Source: Eubacteriales bacterium (GTDB lineage Bacteria; Bacillota; Clostridia; Lachnospirales; Lachnospiraceae). From it: a stretch of 64,000 nucleotides of DNA. Position 1 is the first letter of the stretch. Each line of letters starts with the position of its first letter. The stretch covers positions 29,156-93,155 of the forward strand of contig JAZHVT010000003.1 in NCBI GenBank assembly GCA_036453145.1, in the 5' to 3' direction. The position numbers were made by a program, and so were the translations under genes. The notes under the pieces were generated by a model that was not told the DNA's origin, did not search any database, and saw only the letters and a list, made by a program, of their open reading frames with translations. Below, one piece after another: positions 1 to 9,873 of this stretch.

Positions 1-1
1 A

Positions 2-184
2 GCGGTCATAGAGAGGGCCGCAGCCGGACGCGGAGGAAGTCTCACGATCTCGGAGACTCCGGCAGAAATCGAAAACGGCTTCATCCTGCGCTACGGCGGT
101 ATTGAAGAAAACTGCACGCTGGAGGCGCTGTTCGACGACAGACTTGACGAGCTGCGCGACAGAGTGCGCGAGGTACTTTGGTAA
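2..184 (+). CDS. ntpE: V/A-type ATP synthase subunit E, C-terminal part (truncated by window start)
   Basis: Hand translation of the frame starting at 2: ...EIENGFILRYGGIEENCTLEALFDDRLDELRDRVREVLW*, a typical subunit E C-terminus; lies directly upstream of subunit C. Confidence 0.85.
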   Translation, partial: AVIERAAAGRGGSLTISETPAEIENGFILRYGGIEENCTLEALFDDRLDELRDRVREVLW

Positions 185-199
185 AGAAGGAGTTCACGG

Positions 200-1171
200 A
201 TGGGTGATAACAGCTATATATATGCAGTTGCGAGGATCCGTGTGAAGGAAAAATATCTCCTTTCTGACGCCGATGTCAGCCAGATGGCAGGAATGCCGGA
301 TGCGAAGACAGTCATGGCGTATCTTACAGACCGGGGCTGGGGAGACTCGGGAGCGGCGATGACCGCGGACTCGATGCTCGCAGCCGAGGAGGAAAAGACC
401 CGGAAGCTCGTCCAGGAGCTCCGGATCGATCAGAGCGTATTTGACCTTCTGTCCTATCCGCAGCTGTACCACAATCTGAAGACAGGAATCAAGGAGATCT
501 GCACTTCAGAGAAAAATGAAAAAGCCTTTTATCCGGATGAACGCTATGGACGCGAACAGATTCTGAAGATTCTTGAGGATAAAAACTGGAAGGCCCTTCC
601 GGAGCATATGCGTGAGGCGGCCGAGAGAGCATATGAGACGATGCTGAAGACGCGCGACGGTCAGAAATGCGATATCATTGTTGATCGCGCCTGCCTTGAG
701 GCAATGGAGCAGGCAGGCAAGAAGTCAAAGCACCGCGTCCTCAGGGATTATGAGGAGTCAACGGTAGCGGTCACAGATATCAAGATCGCGGCGCGCGCCC
801 AGAAAACAGGGAAGAACCTCGCATTTCTGAAGGAAGCGCTGGCGCCCTGCGACCAGCTGGATGTGCGTCGGCTTGCGATCGCGGCCTCGGAAGGTCAGGA
901 GACGCTTCTCACATATCTGGAGGAACATGGCTTCGGGGAGGCTGCCGATGCGCTGAAGGAGTCGCCGTCCGCGTTTGAGCGCTGGTGCGACAACCGTCTT
1001 ATTGAGACGATCCGCCCCCAGAAGACGAATCCGGCATCCATGGGACCGGTCATTGCCTATTACCTGGCCCGTCAGAATGAAATCAAGACGGTTCGGATCA
1101 TCCTCACAGCGAAGGCCAACGGCTTTTCGGAGGAAGCGACCCGGGAAAGGGTAAGGGAAATGTATGTATAA
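200..1171 (+). CDS. ntpC: V/A-type ATP synthase subunit C
   Basis: 323 aa, YIYAVARIRVKE N-terminus and YLARQNEIKTVRIIL C-terminus; SD AAGGAG; operon position. Confidence 0.92.
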   Translation: MGDNSYIYAVARIRVKEKYLLSDADVSQMAGMPDAKTVMAYLTDRGWGDSGAAMTADSMLAAEEEKTRKLVQELRIDQSVFDLLSYPQLYHNLKTGIKEICTSEKNEKAFYPDERYGREQILKILEDKNWKALPEHMREAAERAYETMLKTRDGQKCDIIVDRACLEAMEQAGKKSKHRVLRDYEESTVAVTDIKIAARAQKTGKNLAFLKEALAPCDQLDVRRLAIAASEGQETLLTYLEEHGFGEAADALKESPSAFERWCDNRLIETIRPQKTNPASMGPVIAYYLARQNEIKTVRIILTAKANGFSEEATRERVREMYV

Positions 1172-1493
1172 GATTGCGGTCATGGGTGATTACGACAGCA
1201 TTTACGGCTTTGCGGCACTCGGCCTCACGACATTTCCGATAGATATGGACGGAGACATGGAGGAGGCCGCGAAAAAGCTGCGGACGATTGCGGCAAATGA
1301 TTACGGTGTGATTTACATCACGGAGGCACTCGCCGCAAAGCTGAAGAAGGAGATCGACCGGTACTCAGATCAGCTGATGCCGGCAATCATTCTGATCCCG
1401 GGTGTCAGCGGCAATACAGGAGCCGGAGTAAATCAGGTAAAGAAATCTGTTGAACAGGCGGTCGGTTCAGACATTCTGTTCAGCAATAACTGA
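1164..1493 (+). CDS. ntpG: V/A-type ATP synthase subunit F
   Basis: 109 aa, [18 protein letters not shown] and PAIILIPG motifs; overlaps ntpC by 8 nt. Confidence 0.92.
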   Translation: MYKIAVMGDYDSIYGFAALGLTTFPIDMDGDMEEAAKKLRTIAANDYGVIYITEALAAKLKKEIDRYSDQLMPAIILIPGVSGNTGAGVNQVKKSVEQAVGSDILFSNN

Positions 1494-1516
1494 GCAAACG
1501 AAAGGCATTGATAGAC

Positions 1517-3286
1517 ATGAGCACTGGAACAATCATTAAAGTTGCGGGCCCGCTGGTCGTCGCAGGTGGTATGCGCGACGCAAATATGTTTGACGTCGTG
1601 CGTGTCTCCCGTGAGCGTCTGATCGGTGAGATCATCGAAATGCACGGTGACAAGGCCTCGATTCAGGTATATGAGGAGACACAGGGACTCGGACCGGGTG
1701 AGCCGGTTGAATCTACAAATGAGCCGCTCTCAGTTGAGCTCGGCCCCGGTCTGATCGGTTCGATCTATGATGGAATTCAGCGTCCATTGAACAAGATCAT
1801 GGAGAAGACGCACAGCAACCTGCTGTCGCGCGGCGTCGAGGTACCTGCTCTCGATCATGAGAAGAAGTGGCAGTTCAATGCGACGGCGAATATCGGTGAT
1901 GAGGTTGTTGCCGGCGATATCCTCGGAACGGTTGAGGAGACACAGGTCGTCACACAGAAGATCATGGTCCCGGTCGGCACAGAGGGGAAAATCGTCAGCA
2001 TTCAGTCGGGCAGCTTCACGATCGATGAGACAATCGCGACGGTTCAGACGAAGAATGGTCTGAAGAACCTGACAATGATGCAGAAATGGCCGGTACGTAA
2101 GGGACGTCCGTACGCGAAGAAGCTTCCGCCGGACATGCCGCTTGTCACAGGACAGCGAGTTATCGACGCATTCTTCCCGATCGCAAAGGGAGGCACGGCG
2201 GCGATCCCGGGTCCGTTCGGCTCAGGCAAGACAGTCACGCAGCATCAGCTCGCAAAATGGGCAGAGGCGGATATCGTCATCTATATCGGCTGCGGCGAGC
2301 GCGGCAATGAGATGACCGATGTTCTGAACGAGTTCCCGGAGCTCAAGGACCCGCGCACCGGTGAATCCCTGATGCAGAGAACCGTTCTGATTGCAAATAC
2401 ATCCGATATGCCGGTTGCGGCCCGTGAGGCATCGATCTACACCGGTATCACAATGGCGGAATATTTCCGCGACATGGGCTATTCCGTGGCCCTCATGGCT
2501 GACTCTACATCGCGCTGGGCTGAGGCTCTGCGTGAGATGTCCGGCCGTCTCGAGGAGATGCCCGGCGAGGAAGGCTATCCGGCTTATCTCGGTTCCCGTC
2601 TCGCGCAGTTCTATGAGCGGGCAGGCCGTGTCATTTCACTCGGCAAGGAAGGGAGAGAGGGATCACTTTCCGCGATCGGAGCCGTGTCTCCTCCGGGCGG
2701 TGATATTTCCGAGCCGGTCTCACAGGCAACACTTCGTATTGTCAAGGTCTTCTGGGGTCTCGACGCGAACCTCGCTTATCAGCGCCATTTCCCGGCGATC
2801 AACTGGCTGACATCCTACAGTCTGTATCTCGATGATATGGAGCCGTGGTTTAACAAGCATGTCGATCCGGCATGGATGGAGACCCGCCAGCATCTGATGA
2901 GCCTTCTGCAGGATGAGGCCAACCTGAACGAAATCGTCAAGATGGTCGGTATGGATGCGCTCTCTCCGCAGGACCGTCTGAAAATGGAGACCGCGCGGTC
3001 AATTCGTGAGGACTTCCTGCATCAGAACTCCTTCGACGAGATCGATACGTACACGTCTCTGAAGAAGCAGTTCTACATGATGCGTCTGGTGTATGCATTT
3101 TATGAGCAGGGCACGAAGGCACTTGCGCAGGGTGCGAGCATCAACGATGTCGTCAAGCTGCCTGTCCGCGAGGAAATCGGACGTTATAAGTACACGCATG
3201 AGGACGAGATCGGCGAGCGCTACGCAAAGATTACGGAGGATCTGGCGACGCAGATGGCGAATACAATCGGAAAGGAGGACCTGTGA
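1517..3286 (+). CDS. ntpA: V/A-type ATP synthase subunit A (catalytic)
   Basis: Walker [30 protein letters not shown]; no intein. ATG 1517 preferred over TTG 1508 on SD spacing. Confidence 0.97.
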   Translation: MSTGTIIKVAGPLVVAGGMRDANMFDVVRVSRERLIGEIIEMHGDKASIQVYEETQGLGPGEPVESTNEPLSVELGPGLIGSIYDGIQRPLNKIMEKTHSNLLSRGVEVPALDHEKKWQFNATANIGDEVVAGDILGTVEETQVVTQKIMVPVGTEGKIVSIQSGSFTIDETIATVQTKNGLKNLTMMQKWPVRKGRPYAKKLPPDMPLVTGQRVIDAFFPIAKGGTAAIPGPFGSGKTVTQHQLAKWAEADIVIYIGCGERGNEMTDVLNEFPELKDPRTGESLMQRTVLIANTSDMPVAAREASIYTGITMAEYFRDMGYSVALMADSTSRWAEALREMSGRLEEMPGEEGYPAYLGSRLAQFYERAGRVISLGKEGREGSLSAIGAVSPPGGDISEPVSQATLRIVKVFWGLDANLAYQRHFPAINWLTSYSLYLDDMEPWFNKHVDPAWMETRQHLMSLLQDEANLNEIVKMVGMDALSPQDRLKMETARSIREDFLHQNSFDEIDTYTSLKKQFYMMRLVYAFYEQGTKALAQGASINDVVKLPVREEIGRYKYTHEDEIGERYAKITEDLATQMANTIGKEDL

Positions 3287-3289
3287 TCC

Positions 3290-4660
3290 ATGGCTAAGGA
3301 ATATCGTACAATTCAGGAAGTCGCGGGACCTCTGATGCTGGTGAGAGGTGTTGAGAACGTAAAGTACAACGAGCTCGGCGAAATCGAGCTGGCTTCCGGT
3401 GAGACAAGAAAATGCAAGGTCCTCGAGGTGGACGGCGACAAGGCTCTCGTCCAGCTCTTTGAGTCCGCGACAGGTATCAACCTCTCCAACTCAAAGGTCA
3501 GATTCCTGGGACGGGCAATGGAGCTTGGCGTGTCGGAGGACATGCTCGGGCGCGTCTTCGACGGCATGGGCCGTACGATTGACGGCGGCCCGGAGATCCT
3601 TCCGGACAAGCGCATGGACATCAACGGTCTGCCGATGAACCCGGCGGCGAGAGCATATCCGTCGGAGTTCATTCAGACAGGTGTTTCCGCGATCGACGGA
3701 CTGAACACGCTGGTCCGCGGCCAGAAGCTGCCGATTTTCTCGGCCTCCGGTCTTCCGCACAACCAGCTGGCTGCACAGATCGCGCGTCAGGCGAAGGTCC
3801 GCGGAACCGATGAGCCGTTCGCCGTCGTCTTCGCGGCGATGGGCATCACCTTCGAGGAGGCGAATTTCTTCCAGGAATCCTTCCGGGAGACAGGCGCGAT
3901 CGACAGAACGGTGCTGTTCATCAACCTCGCCAACGACCCGGCTGTCGAGCGTATTTCGACGCCGCGTATGGCACTGACAGCGGCAGAGTACCTTGCATTT
4001 GAAAAGGATATGCACGTGCTCGTCATTATGACGGATATCACAAACTACGCGGATGCGCTCCGCGAGGTCTCCGCGGCCCGCAAGGAGGTCCCGGGACGCC
4101 GCGGATATCCGGGCTATATGTACACGGACCTCGCTCAGCTGTACGAACGCGCCGGCCGCCAGAGAGGAAAGAAGGGCTCGATCACACTGATCCCGATCCT
4201 GACCATGCCAGAGGACGATAAGACGCACCCGATCCCCGACCTTACCGGATATATCACAGAGGGCCAGGTCATTCTGTCAAGAGAGCTCTATCGGAAGGGC
4301 ATCAAGCCGCCGATCGATGTTCTGCCGTCCCTGTCCCGTCTGAAGGATAAGGGTATCGGCGAGGGAAAGACAAGAGCAGATCATGCGGCGACTATGAACC
4401 AGCTCTTTGCGGCGTATGCGCGCGGCAAGGACGCGAAGGAGCTCATGACAATTCTCGGCGAGGCCGCTCTGACGGATATCGATCTTCTGTACGCGAAATT
4501 CGCGGATGAATTCGAGAAGCGGTATGTGAATCAGGGGTATAAGACAGACCGCAGCATCGAGGAGACGCTCGATCTTGGCTGGGACCTTCTGAGAATCCTT
4601 CCGAGATCCGAGCTGAAGAGAATTCCGGACGCGATGCTTGACGAATATTACGAGCGTTAA
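3290..4660 (+). CDS. ntpB: V/A-type ATP synthase subunit B
   Basis: [45 protein letters not shown]. Confidence 0.97.
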   Translation: MAKEYRTIQEVAGPLMLVRGVENVKYNELGEIELASGETRKCKVLEVDGDKALVQLFESATGINLSNSKVRFLGRAMELGVSEDMLGRVFDGMGRTIDGGPEILPDKRMDINGLPMNPAARAYPSEFIQTGVSAIDGLNTLVRGQKLPIFSASGLPHNQLAAQIARQAKVRGTDEPFAVVFAAMGITFEEANFFQESFRETGAIDRTVLFINLANDPAVERISTPRMALTAAEYLAFEKDMHVLVIMTDITNYADALREVSAARKEVPGRRGYPGYMYTDLAQLYERAGRQRGKKGSITLIPILTMPEDDKTHPIPDLTGYITEGQVILSRELYRKGIKPPIDVLPSLSRLKDKGIGEGKTRADHAATMNQLFAAYARGKDAKELMTILGEAALTDIDLLYAKFADEFEKRYVNQGYKTDRSIEETLDLGWDLLRILPRSELKRIPDAMLDEYYER

Positions 4661-4666
4661 CTACGA

Positions 4667-4797
4667 GTCGGGCGTGTTCACAGGCGCAGATAAAAGATAT
4701 GCTTGCATATCTTTTTGAGAGCGCCTGTGAACGCATCCGACGACAGTCGGAGCATCTTGCGCAGAATGCGCAAGATGAAAAGTCCGACGAGACTGTC
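4667..4797. repeat. Tandem pair of long palindromes (REP-like) between ntpB and ntpD
   Basis: Hairpin 1: GTTCACAGGCGC(4676-87)/GCGCCTGTGAAC(4721-32) enclosing AAAAGATATGC-TT-GCATATCTTTT. Hairpin 2: CATCTTGCGCA-GAA-TGCGCAAGATG (4753-77) enclosed by GACAGTC/GACTGTC. Confidence 0.8.
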
Positions 4798-4819
4798 AGA
4801 ACCCTAAAGGAGAGTAATC

Positions 4820-5485
4820 TTGGCAAGTATAACTGTCAGCCCTACCCGGATGGAGCTCACTCGTCTTAAGAAGAAGCTTGTGACGGCCGTGAAGGGGCAC
4901 CGTCTTCTGAAGGACAAGCGGGACGAGCTCATGCGTGAGTTCCTCGATCTTGTCCGGGAGGATATGGAGCTCCGCGTGAAGGTCGAGAAGGGCATAAAGG
5001 ACGCAAACAGAAATTTCGTTCTCGCGAAAGCAGGCATGTCAGAGGAGACACTTCGCGCGGCTCTGATGGCACCAAAGCAGGAAGTTTATCTGAAACAGGA
5101 TAAAAAGAATGTAATGAGTGTTGACATCCCGGTTTTTGACTACGATACTAGAACAGCGGACAAAAATGATATATATTCCTATGGTTTTGCTTTTACGTCC
5201 GGTGATCTGGACGGCGCTGTTCAGTCTCTGTCAGATATTCTGCCGGATATGCTGAAGCTCGCAGAGGTTGAAAAATCCTGTCAGCTGATGGCGTCCGAGA
5301 TCGAGAAGACCAGGCGCCGCGTCAACGCGCTGGAGCATGTGATCATTCCGGAGACCCAGGAGGGAATCCGGTACATCACGATGAAGCTGGATGAAAATGA
5401 GCGAAGCACACAGGTCCGCCTGATGAAGATCAAAGACATGATGCTGGAGGACGCTCATAAATACAGTGAAAAAGAGAATTATTAA
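4820..5485 (+). CDS. ntpD: V/A-type ATP synthase subunit D
   Basis: TTG start after AAGGAG; PTRMELTRLK, KGHRLLKDKRDEL, EIEKTRRRVNALEHV. Confidence 0.96.
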   Translation: MASITVSPTRMELTRLKKKLVTAVKGHRLLKDKRDELMREFLDLVREDMELRVKVEKGIKDANRNFVLAKAGMSEETLRAALMAPKQEVYLKQDKKNVMSVDIPVFDYDTRTADKNDIYSYGFAFTSGDLDGAVQSLSDILPDMLKLAEVEKSCQLMASEIEKTRRRVNALEHVIIPETQEGIRYITMKLDENERSTQVRLMKIKDMMLEDAHKYSEKENY

Positions 5486-8054
5486 GTATATCGCCTTGTT
5501 TGCTATATTCTGCGGCGGAGTGGCGCTGTTTTCGAATTTATTTTTTATCAGCCGCCAACAGACCCTGTCAGCGTCGGATCTTACAGATCCGACGCTTCCT
5601 GTCGTGTGTATCGATATTGACGGGAACAAAATCGATCAGCTAAGCGGGTTCACCTCGGAGATGAACGCCAAGGACATGCGCGATGCGTTGATCCCGATTT
5701 CTTCCAAGAGGTCAGTGACCATATCCTACAAGGCGTACAAGAACACGATCCGTTCTGTGTCCTATGAGGTGACAACGCCGGATACCGGTGAGGTTGTTGA
5801 AAATGCAAAGATCGGCAACTTTACGTCGGACGGGGATTACATGACGGCGTCGTTCACGCTGAGCAAGCCGATTCTGATGAACCGCGAGTATCCGATCTGC
5901 TTTACGATTCAGACTGACGAGACAACCGTCTATTACTATGCGAATCTGATTCAGCGCTCTGACCCTGTCACGAGCAACTATGTGCAGTTCGTCTATGACT
6001 TCTATCAGAACAGTCTGAATGCGGAGACATCCGCCGATCTGAATTCGTATCTTGAGACGGACAACACGATCACAAACAATACGTATACGAATGTCAACCT
6101 GCAATCGACGCTGAAGCAGGTCAGCTGGGGCTCACTCGCTCCGACTCTGTTCCGCAAGGCGGTCCCGAAGATCACAGAGATCAACGACAATACCTGCTCT
6201 ATGACAAATGAATACATTCTGAGCGCCACGAACGATGCAGGAGAGACCGAGTACTATCGCGTCACGGAATTCTACCGGATGCGCTACTACAACAGCAAAA
6301 TGTATCTGCTCAATTTCACAAGAGATGCGGAGCAGATCTTTGACGGCAGCAGCGGGGCGGCGGTCACGGCCTCCGGCGTCAATCTCGGAATTGCCAGCAA
6401 GTCCGTCCAGTATATGTCGGATGATGCCGGCGATCTGGTTGCATTTGTCCAGAATGGTGCTCTGTGGGAATTCAACTCATCGACGGAGAAGCTGTCGGAG
6501 GTGTTTTCATTTACGGACGGGACATCGGCGGACGAGCGGTACGACAATACGGACTGCGATATCAAGCTCATCAGAACGTACGAGGGCGGCGGACTGGACT
6601 TCATGGTCTACGGCTATATGAGCCGCGGAGAGCATGAGGGGCAGATGGGCATCATGGTGTGCCACTACAACGCAGAATCGTCGGTTGTAACGGAGAAGGT
6701 CTTTATTCCGTACAACAAGTCCTGGCAGCTGCTGAAGCATGATATTGCCCGCCTTTCCTATATGAATACGGACGGTGACGTCTACCTCTATCTGGACCGC
6801 AGTCTGTACCGGATCAAGAACGGGACAAACCAGGCGGAGACGCTGCTTACGGATATCACGCCGGAGTGCTTTGTTGCGAATACGGACAATAACATGATCG
6901 CGTACCAGAACGAGATGAAGGAAAATGCATCCCAGACGGTCACGGTCATGGACCTTGACAACGGAAAGACGAAGACCATCAGCGCGGGCAGCGGACAGTA
7001 CATCAAGGCGCTCGGCTTCTTCGGGGATGACTTCATGTATGGCGTCGCGAACCAGTCGGACCTTGTCACAGACACGTCGGGAGCAGTGACATTTCCGATG
7101 TGTGAGCTGAAGGTCGAGTCATTTGACGGAACGGTGAAGAAGGACTACAAGGCGGATGGCATCTATGTCACGGGTGTGACGATGGAGCCGGGCCTCGCGG
7201 AGCTTACGCGCGCGACGAAGAACAGTGACGGAAGCTATGCGGCGACGAGCGATGACACGATTCTGAACAGCTCTGCCGGAGCGGCTTCGTCGGTCACGGT
7301 CTCGACAAGCAATACGACGCGGCAGGGAACGACGGTCACGCTTGCGATGGCATCGACAGTCACAAACCTGAAGCCGACGGTCGGGAGCTTCCAGGTCCAG
7401 TATGCCGGCAGTGAGTCGGCGGACCTCAACCTCGGCAGCGACAGCGGAGATTACTATTACGTCTACGCGTACGGCGGTCTGCAGGGCATCTACTCGTCGG
7501 CGGCAGAGGCAGTTACAACGGCGGACGCTGATGTCGGCACGGTCGTGGATTCGGAGGGCCAGTATGTCTATGAGCGCGGCGCGAGAGCGACGAAGGCCGA
7601 GCTGAATAACGATGATATTCCGTCGGCATTCCTGTCCGGAGAGACAAATGCGGACAAGCTGCAGAGCATGCTCGATGAGGCGGCTGCCTCGTCATCCGGC
7701 AGTACGGCGTCTCAGGCCGAGTCAGCGGCAGAGAGCACGGACAGCGCGGCGGCAGAGTCTTCCGCGTCTTCGGGCTCATCCTCAGGCTCCGATACGCGTG
7801 TGATCAATCTGACGGGTTGCACGCTCGACGAAGTACTCTACGAGGTATCGCAGGGACGCGCTGTTGCGACAAGACTTGCGGACGGGTCGGCGGCCGTGAT
7901 CGTCGGCTATGACCAGTACAACACGCGGCTCTATAACTTCAGCACCGGTGAGCACTATTACATGGGCATGAACGACTCGACGGCGAGCATGCAGGCGGCC
8001 GGGAATATCTTTATCTCTTATGTTGCGCCGCAGGCGACGCTGAAGGATGGCTGA
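5466..8054 (+). CDS. Large membrane-anchored extracytoplasmic protein of unknown function (862 aa)
   Basis: Long ORF with host-like codon use; N-terminal basic-hydrophobic anchor, beta-rich middle, Ser/Ala linker, C-terminal segment resembling a peptidase C39-like fold (VIVGYD). Confidence 0.85.
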   Translation: MKKRIIKYIALFAIFCGGVALFSNLFFISRQQTLSASDLTDPTLPVVCIDIDGNKIDQLSGFTSEMNAKDMRDALIPISSKRSVTISYKAYKNTIRSVSYEVTTPDTGEVVENAKIGNFTSDGDYMTASFTLSKPILMNREYPICFTIQTDETTVYYYANLIQRSDPVTSNYVQFVYDFYQNSLNAETSADLNSYLETDNTITNNTYTNVNLQSTLKQVSWGSLAPTLFRKAVPKITEINDNTCSMTNEYILSATNDAGETEYYRVTEFYRMRYYNSKMYLLNFTRDAEQIFDGSSGAAVTASGVNLGIASKSVQYMSDDAGDLVAFVQNGALWEFNSSTEKLSEVFSFTDGTSADERYDNTDCDIKLIRTYEGGGLDFMVYGYMSRGEHEGQMGIMVCHYNAESSVVTEKVFIPYNKSWQLLKHDIARLSYMNTDGDVYLYLDRSLYRIKNGTNQAETLLTDITPECFVANTDNNMIAYQNEMKENASQTVTVMDLDNGKTKTISAGSGQYIKALGFFGDDFMYGVANQSDLVTDTSGAVTFPMCELKVESFDGTVKKDYKADGIYVTGVTMEPGLAELTRATKNSDGSYAATSDDTILNSSAGAASSVTVSTSNTTRQGTTVTLAMASTVTNLKPTVGSFQVQYAGSESADLNLGSDSGDYYYVYAYGGLQGIYSSAAEAVTTADADVGTVVDSEGQYVYERGARATKAELNNDDIPSAFLSGETNADKLQSMLDEAAASSSGSTASQAESAAESTDSAAAESSASSGSSSGSDTRVINLTGCTLDEVLYEVSQGRAVATRLADGSAAVIVGYDQYNTRLYNFSTGEHYYMGMNDSTASMQAAGNIFISYVAPQATLKDG

Positions 8055-8089
8055 GCGACTTGAACCTGTTTAAAAATGAATTGTCAGCG

Positions 8090-8132
8090 GGCGGACCGCT
8101 GCCGGATGTTTTCCGGCGGCGGTCCGCCTTTT
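8090..8132 (+). terminator. Intrinsic terminator closing the ATPase/862-aa operon
   Basis: GGCGGACCGCTGCCGGA-TGTTT-TCCGGCGGCGGTCCGCC followed by TTTT. Confidence 0.8.
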
Positions 8133-8204
8133 CTGTATGCAGGCGGCTGTGCATTTTTTGTGAATAAAATGTGTACAAAAAAGTATTTTTATCGGGTATA
8201 TGCC

Positions 8205-8264
8205 TTGACTCATGTCGGGTTTATGTCTATCATAATCTCTATGCATCAGAAATATCAGAAATTC
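8205..8264 (+). promoter_or_regulatory. sigmaA promoter of the liv operon with a downstream CodY-like box
   Basis: TTGACT-17-TATCAT; AAATATCAGAAATTC (8250-64) matches 11/15 of AATTTTCWGAAAATT. Confidence 0.55.
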
Positions 8265-8394
8265 TGCTTGAAACATAAGAACAACTGATGAAAATCAGCG
8301 ATTCGCAGCTTCTGATAAGAATTTGTAATGGATGGCAGAACCATTCGTTCTGATATGAGGTGCGGTTATTATTTCCAAAGGAGGAGAGTATATT

Positions 8395-9702
8395 ATGGAA
8401 ATGAGGAAATTCACAAGCCTTGTGCTGGCGGCAGCCATGGGTGCGGGTCTTCTCGCAGGCTGCGGCAGCTCTTCATCAACATCTTCATCTGCAGCTTCAT
8501 CAACAAGCACGGCAGCATCCGTTGTGACAGACACAACATCAGCTGCTGCATCAACAGCAGGCACAACAACGACAGCCTCCAGCGGCGACACATTCAAGAT
8601 CGGTGTGATCGGACCGCTCACAGGCGGCGCTTCCGCATACGGCACAGCCGTTCTCTACGGCGCGCAGGTCGCGGCAAATGAGATCAACGCAGCAGGCGGT
8701 ATCAACGGCTATCAGGTCGAGATCGTCTCCGCAGATGATGAGAACGACGCGCAGAAGTCTGTTAACTGCTACAATACACTGAAGGACAAGGGCATGCAGA
8801 TCCTTGCAGGAACAGTCACATCCAACCCGTGCATCGCAGTTGCCGATTACACGAAGGAAGACAACATGTTCCAGATCACACCGTCCGGCTCCGCCGAGAA
8901 GTGCATTGCGAACGACAACGTCTTCCGTACATGCTTCGCTGATCCGGAGCAGGGTACACTTTCCGCTGACTACATGAGCGAGAACAAGCTTGGCAAGAAG
9001 GTCGGTATCATCTACGATCAGTCCGATTCCTATTCTTCAGGCATCCATGATGCATTTGTCAAGGAAGCAAAGAAGGACGGCCTCGATGTCGTATCTGATG
9101 AGGCGTTCAACGCAGACAACAAGACAGACTTCTCTGTCCAGATCCAGGCTGCTCAGGATGCAGGCGCTGACATCCTCTTCCTTCCGTTCTACTACACAGA
9201 GGCTTCCCTCGTTCTGCAGCAGGCGAAGAAGATGAATTACTCACCGCTGTTCTTCGGCTGCGACGGTATGGATGGTATCCTTACGGTCGATGGCTTTGAC
9301 AAGAGCCTTGCAGAGGGCCTGATGCTGATGGCTCCGTTCTCCGCTTCCGCGACAGACGAGAAGACACAGGCATTCGATACGGCTTATGAGAAGCTGTCCG
9401 GCGGCGAGGCTCCGAACCAGTTCGGCGCTGATGAGTACGATACACTGTACGCGATCAAGGCTGCTGCCGAGAAGGAAAATGTCACTCCGTCCATGAGCGT
9501 CTCCGATATCTGCGAGGCCATGAAGAAGGGCATGACAGAGATCCAGATCTCCGGCCTGACATCTGATTCCATCACATGGGACAAGTCCGGCGCTCCGACA
9601 AAGAGCCCGCGTGTCTACGTCATCAAGAACGGCGAGTACGTCGAGGAGTCAACCTCCTCTGATTCTGCAGCGACATCTACTACAGCATCCGCTGCTTCAT
9701 GA
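8395..9702 (+). CDS. livK: Branched-chain amino acid ABC transporter substrate-binding lipoprotein
   Basis: Lipobox LLAGC, KIGVIGPLTG, leucine-binding protein family motifs; strong SD AGGAGG. Confidence 0.9.
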   Translation: MEMRKFTSLVLAAAMGAGLLAGCGSSSSTSSSAASSTSTAASVVTDTTSAAASTAGTTTTASSGDTFKIGVIGPLTGGASAYGTAVLYGAQVAANEINAAGGINGYQVEIVSADDENDAQKSVNCYNTLKDKGMQILAGTVTSNPCIAVADYTKEDNMFQITPSGSAEKCIANDNVFRTCFADPEQGTLSADYMSENKLGKKVGIIYDQSDSYSSGIHDAFVKEAKKDGLDVVSDEAFNADNKTDFSVQIQAAQDAGADILFLPFYYTEASLVLQQAKKMNYSPLFFGCDGMDGILTVDGFDKSLAEGLMLMAPFSASATDEKTQAFDTAYEKLSGGEAPNQFGADEYDTLYAIKAAAEKENVTPSMSVSDICEAMKKGMTEIQISGLTSDSITWDKSGAPTKSPRVYVIKNGEYVEESTSSDSAATSTTASAAS

Positions 9703-9730
9703 CGGGAAGCACGAGCTTAATATAATTACA

Positions 9731-9844
9731 GAAGCTGCCGCGCCGGCCTGGTCCGACGCGGCAGCTTCAGCCAATTTTAACCCATTGAAAGCGGCTTCGA
9801 AGAGTTTCGAGGCCAGGCTTCGAATCATTTCGAACTGCTTTCAA
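9731..9844. other. Two intercistronic hairpins between livK and livH
   Basis: GAAGCTGCCGCG/CGCGGCAGCTTC 12-bp perfect stem (9731-68), then TTGAAAGC...GCTTTCAA (9785-9844) with four internal TTCGA units. Confidence 0.6.
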
Positions 9845-9873
9845 TACACTGAAGACAAAGGTCCGGTAAAACT

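Noticed and set aside
8155-8182. TTTTTTGTG...TACAAAAAA as a Rex operator upstream of liv
   Set aside because: Spacing is longer than the 18-bp Rex site and the right half does not match.
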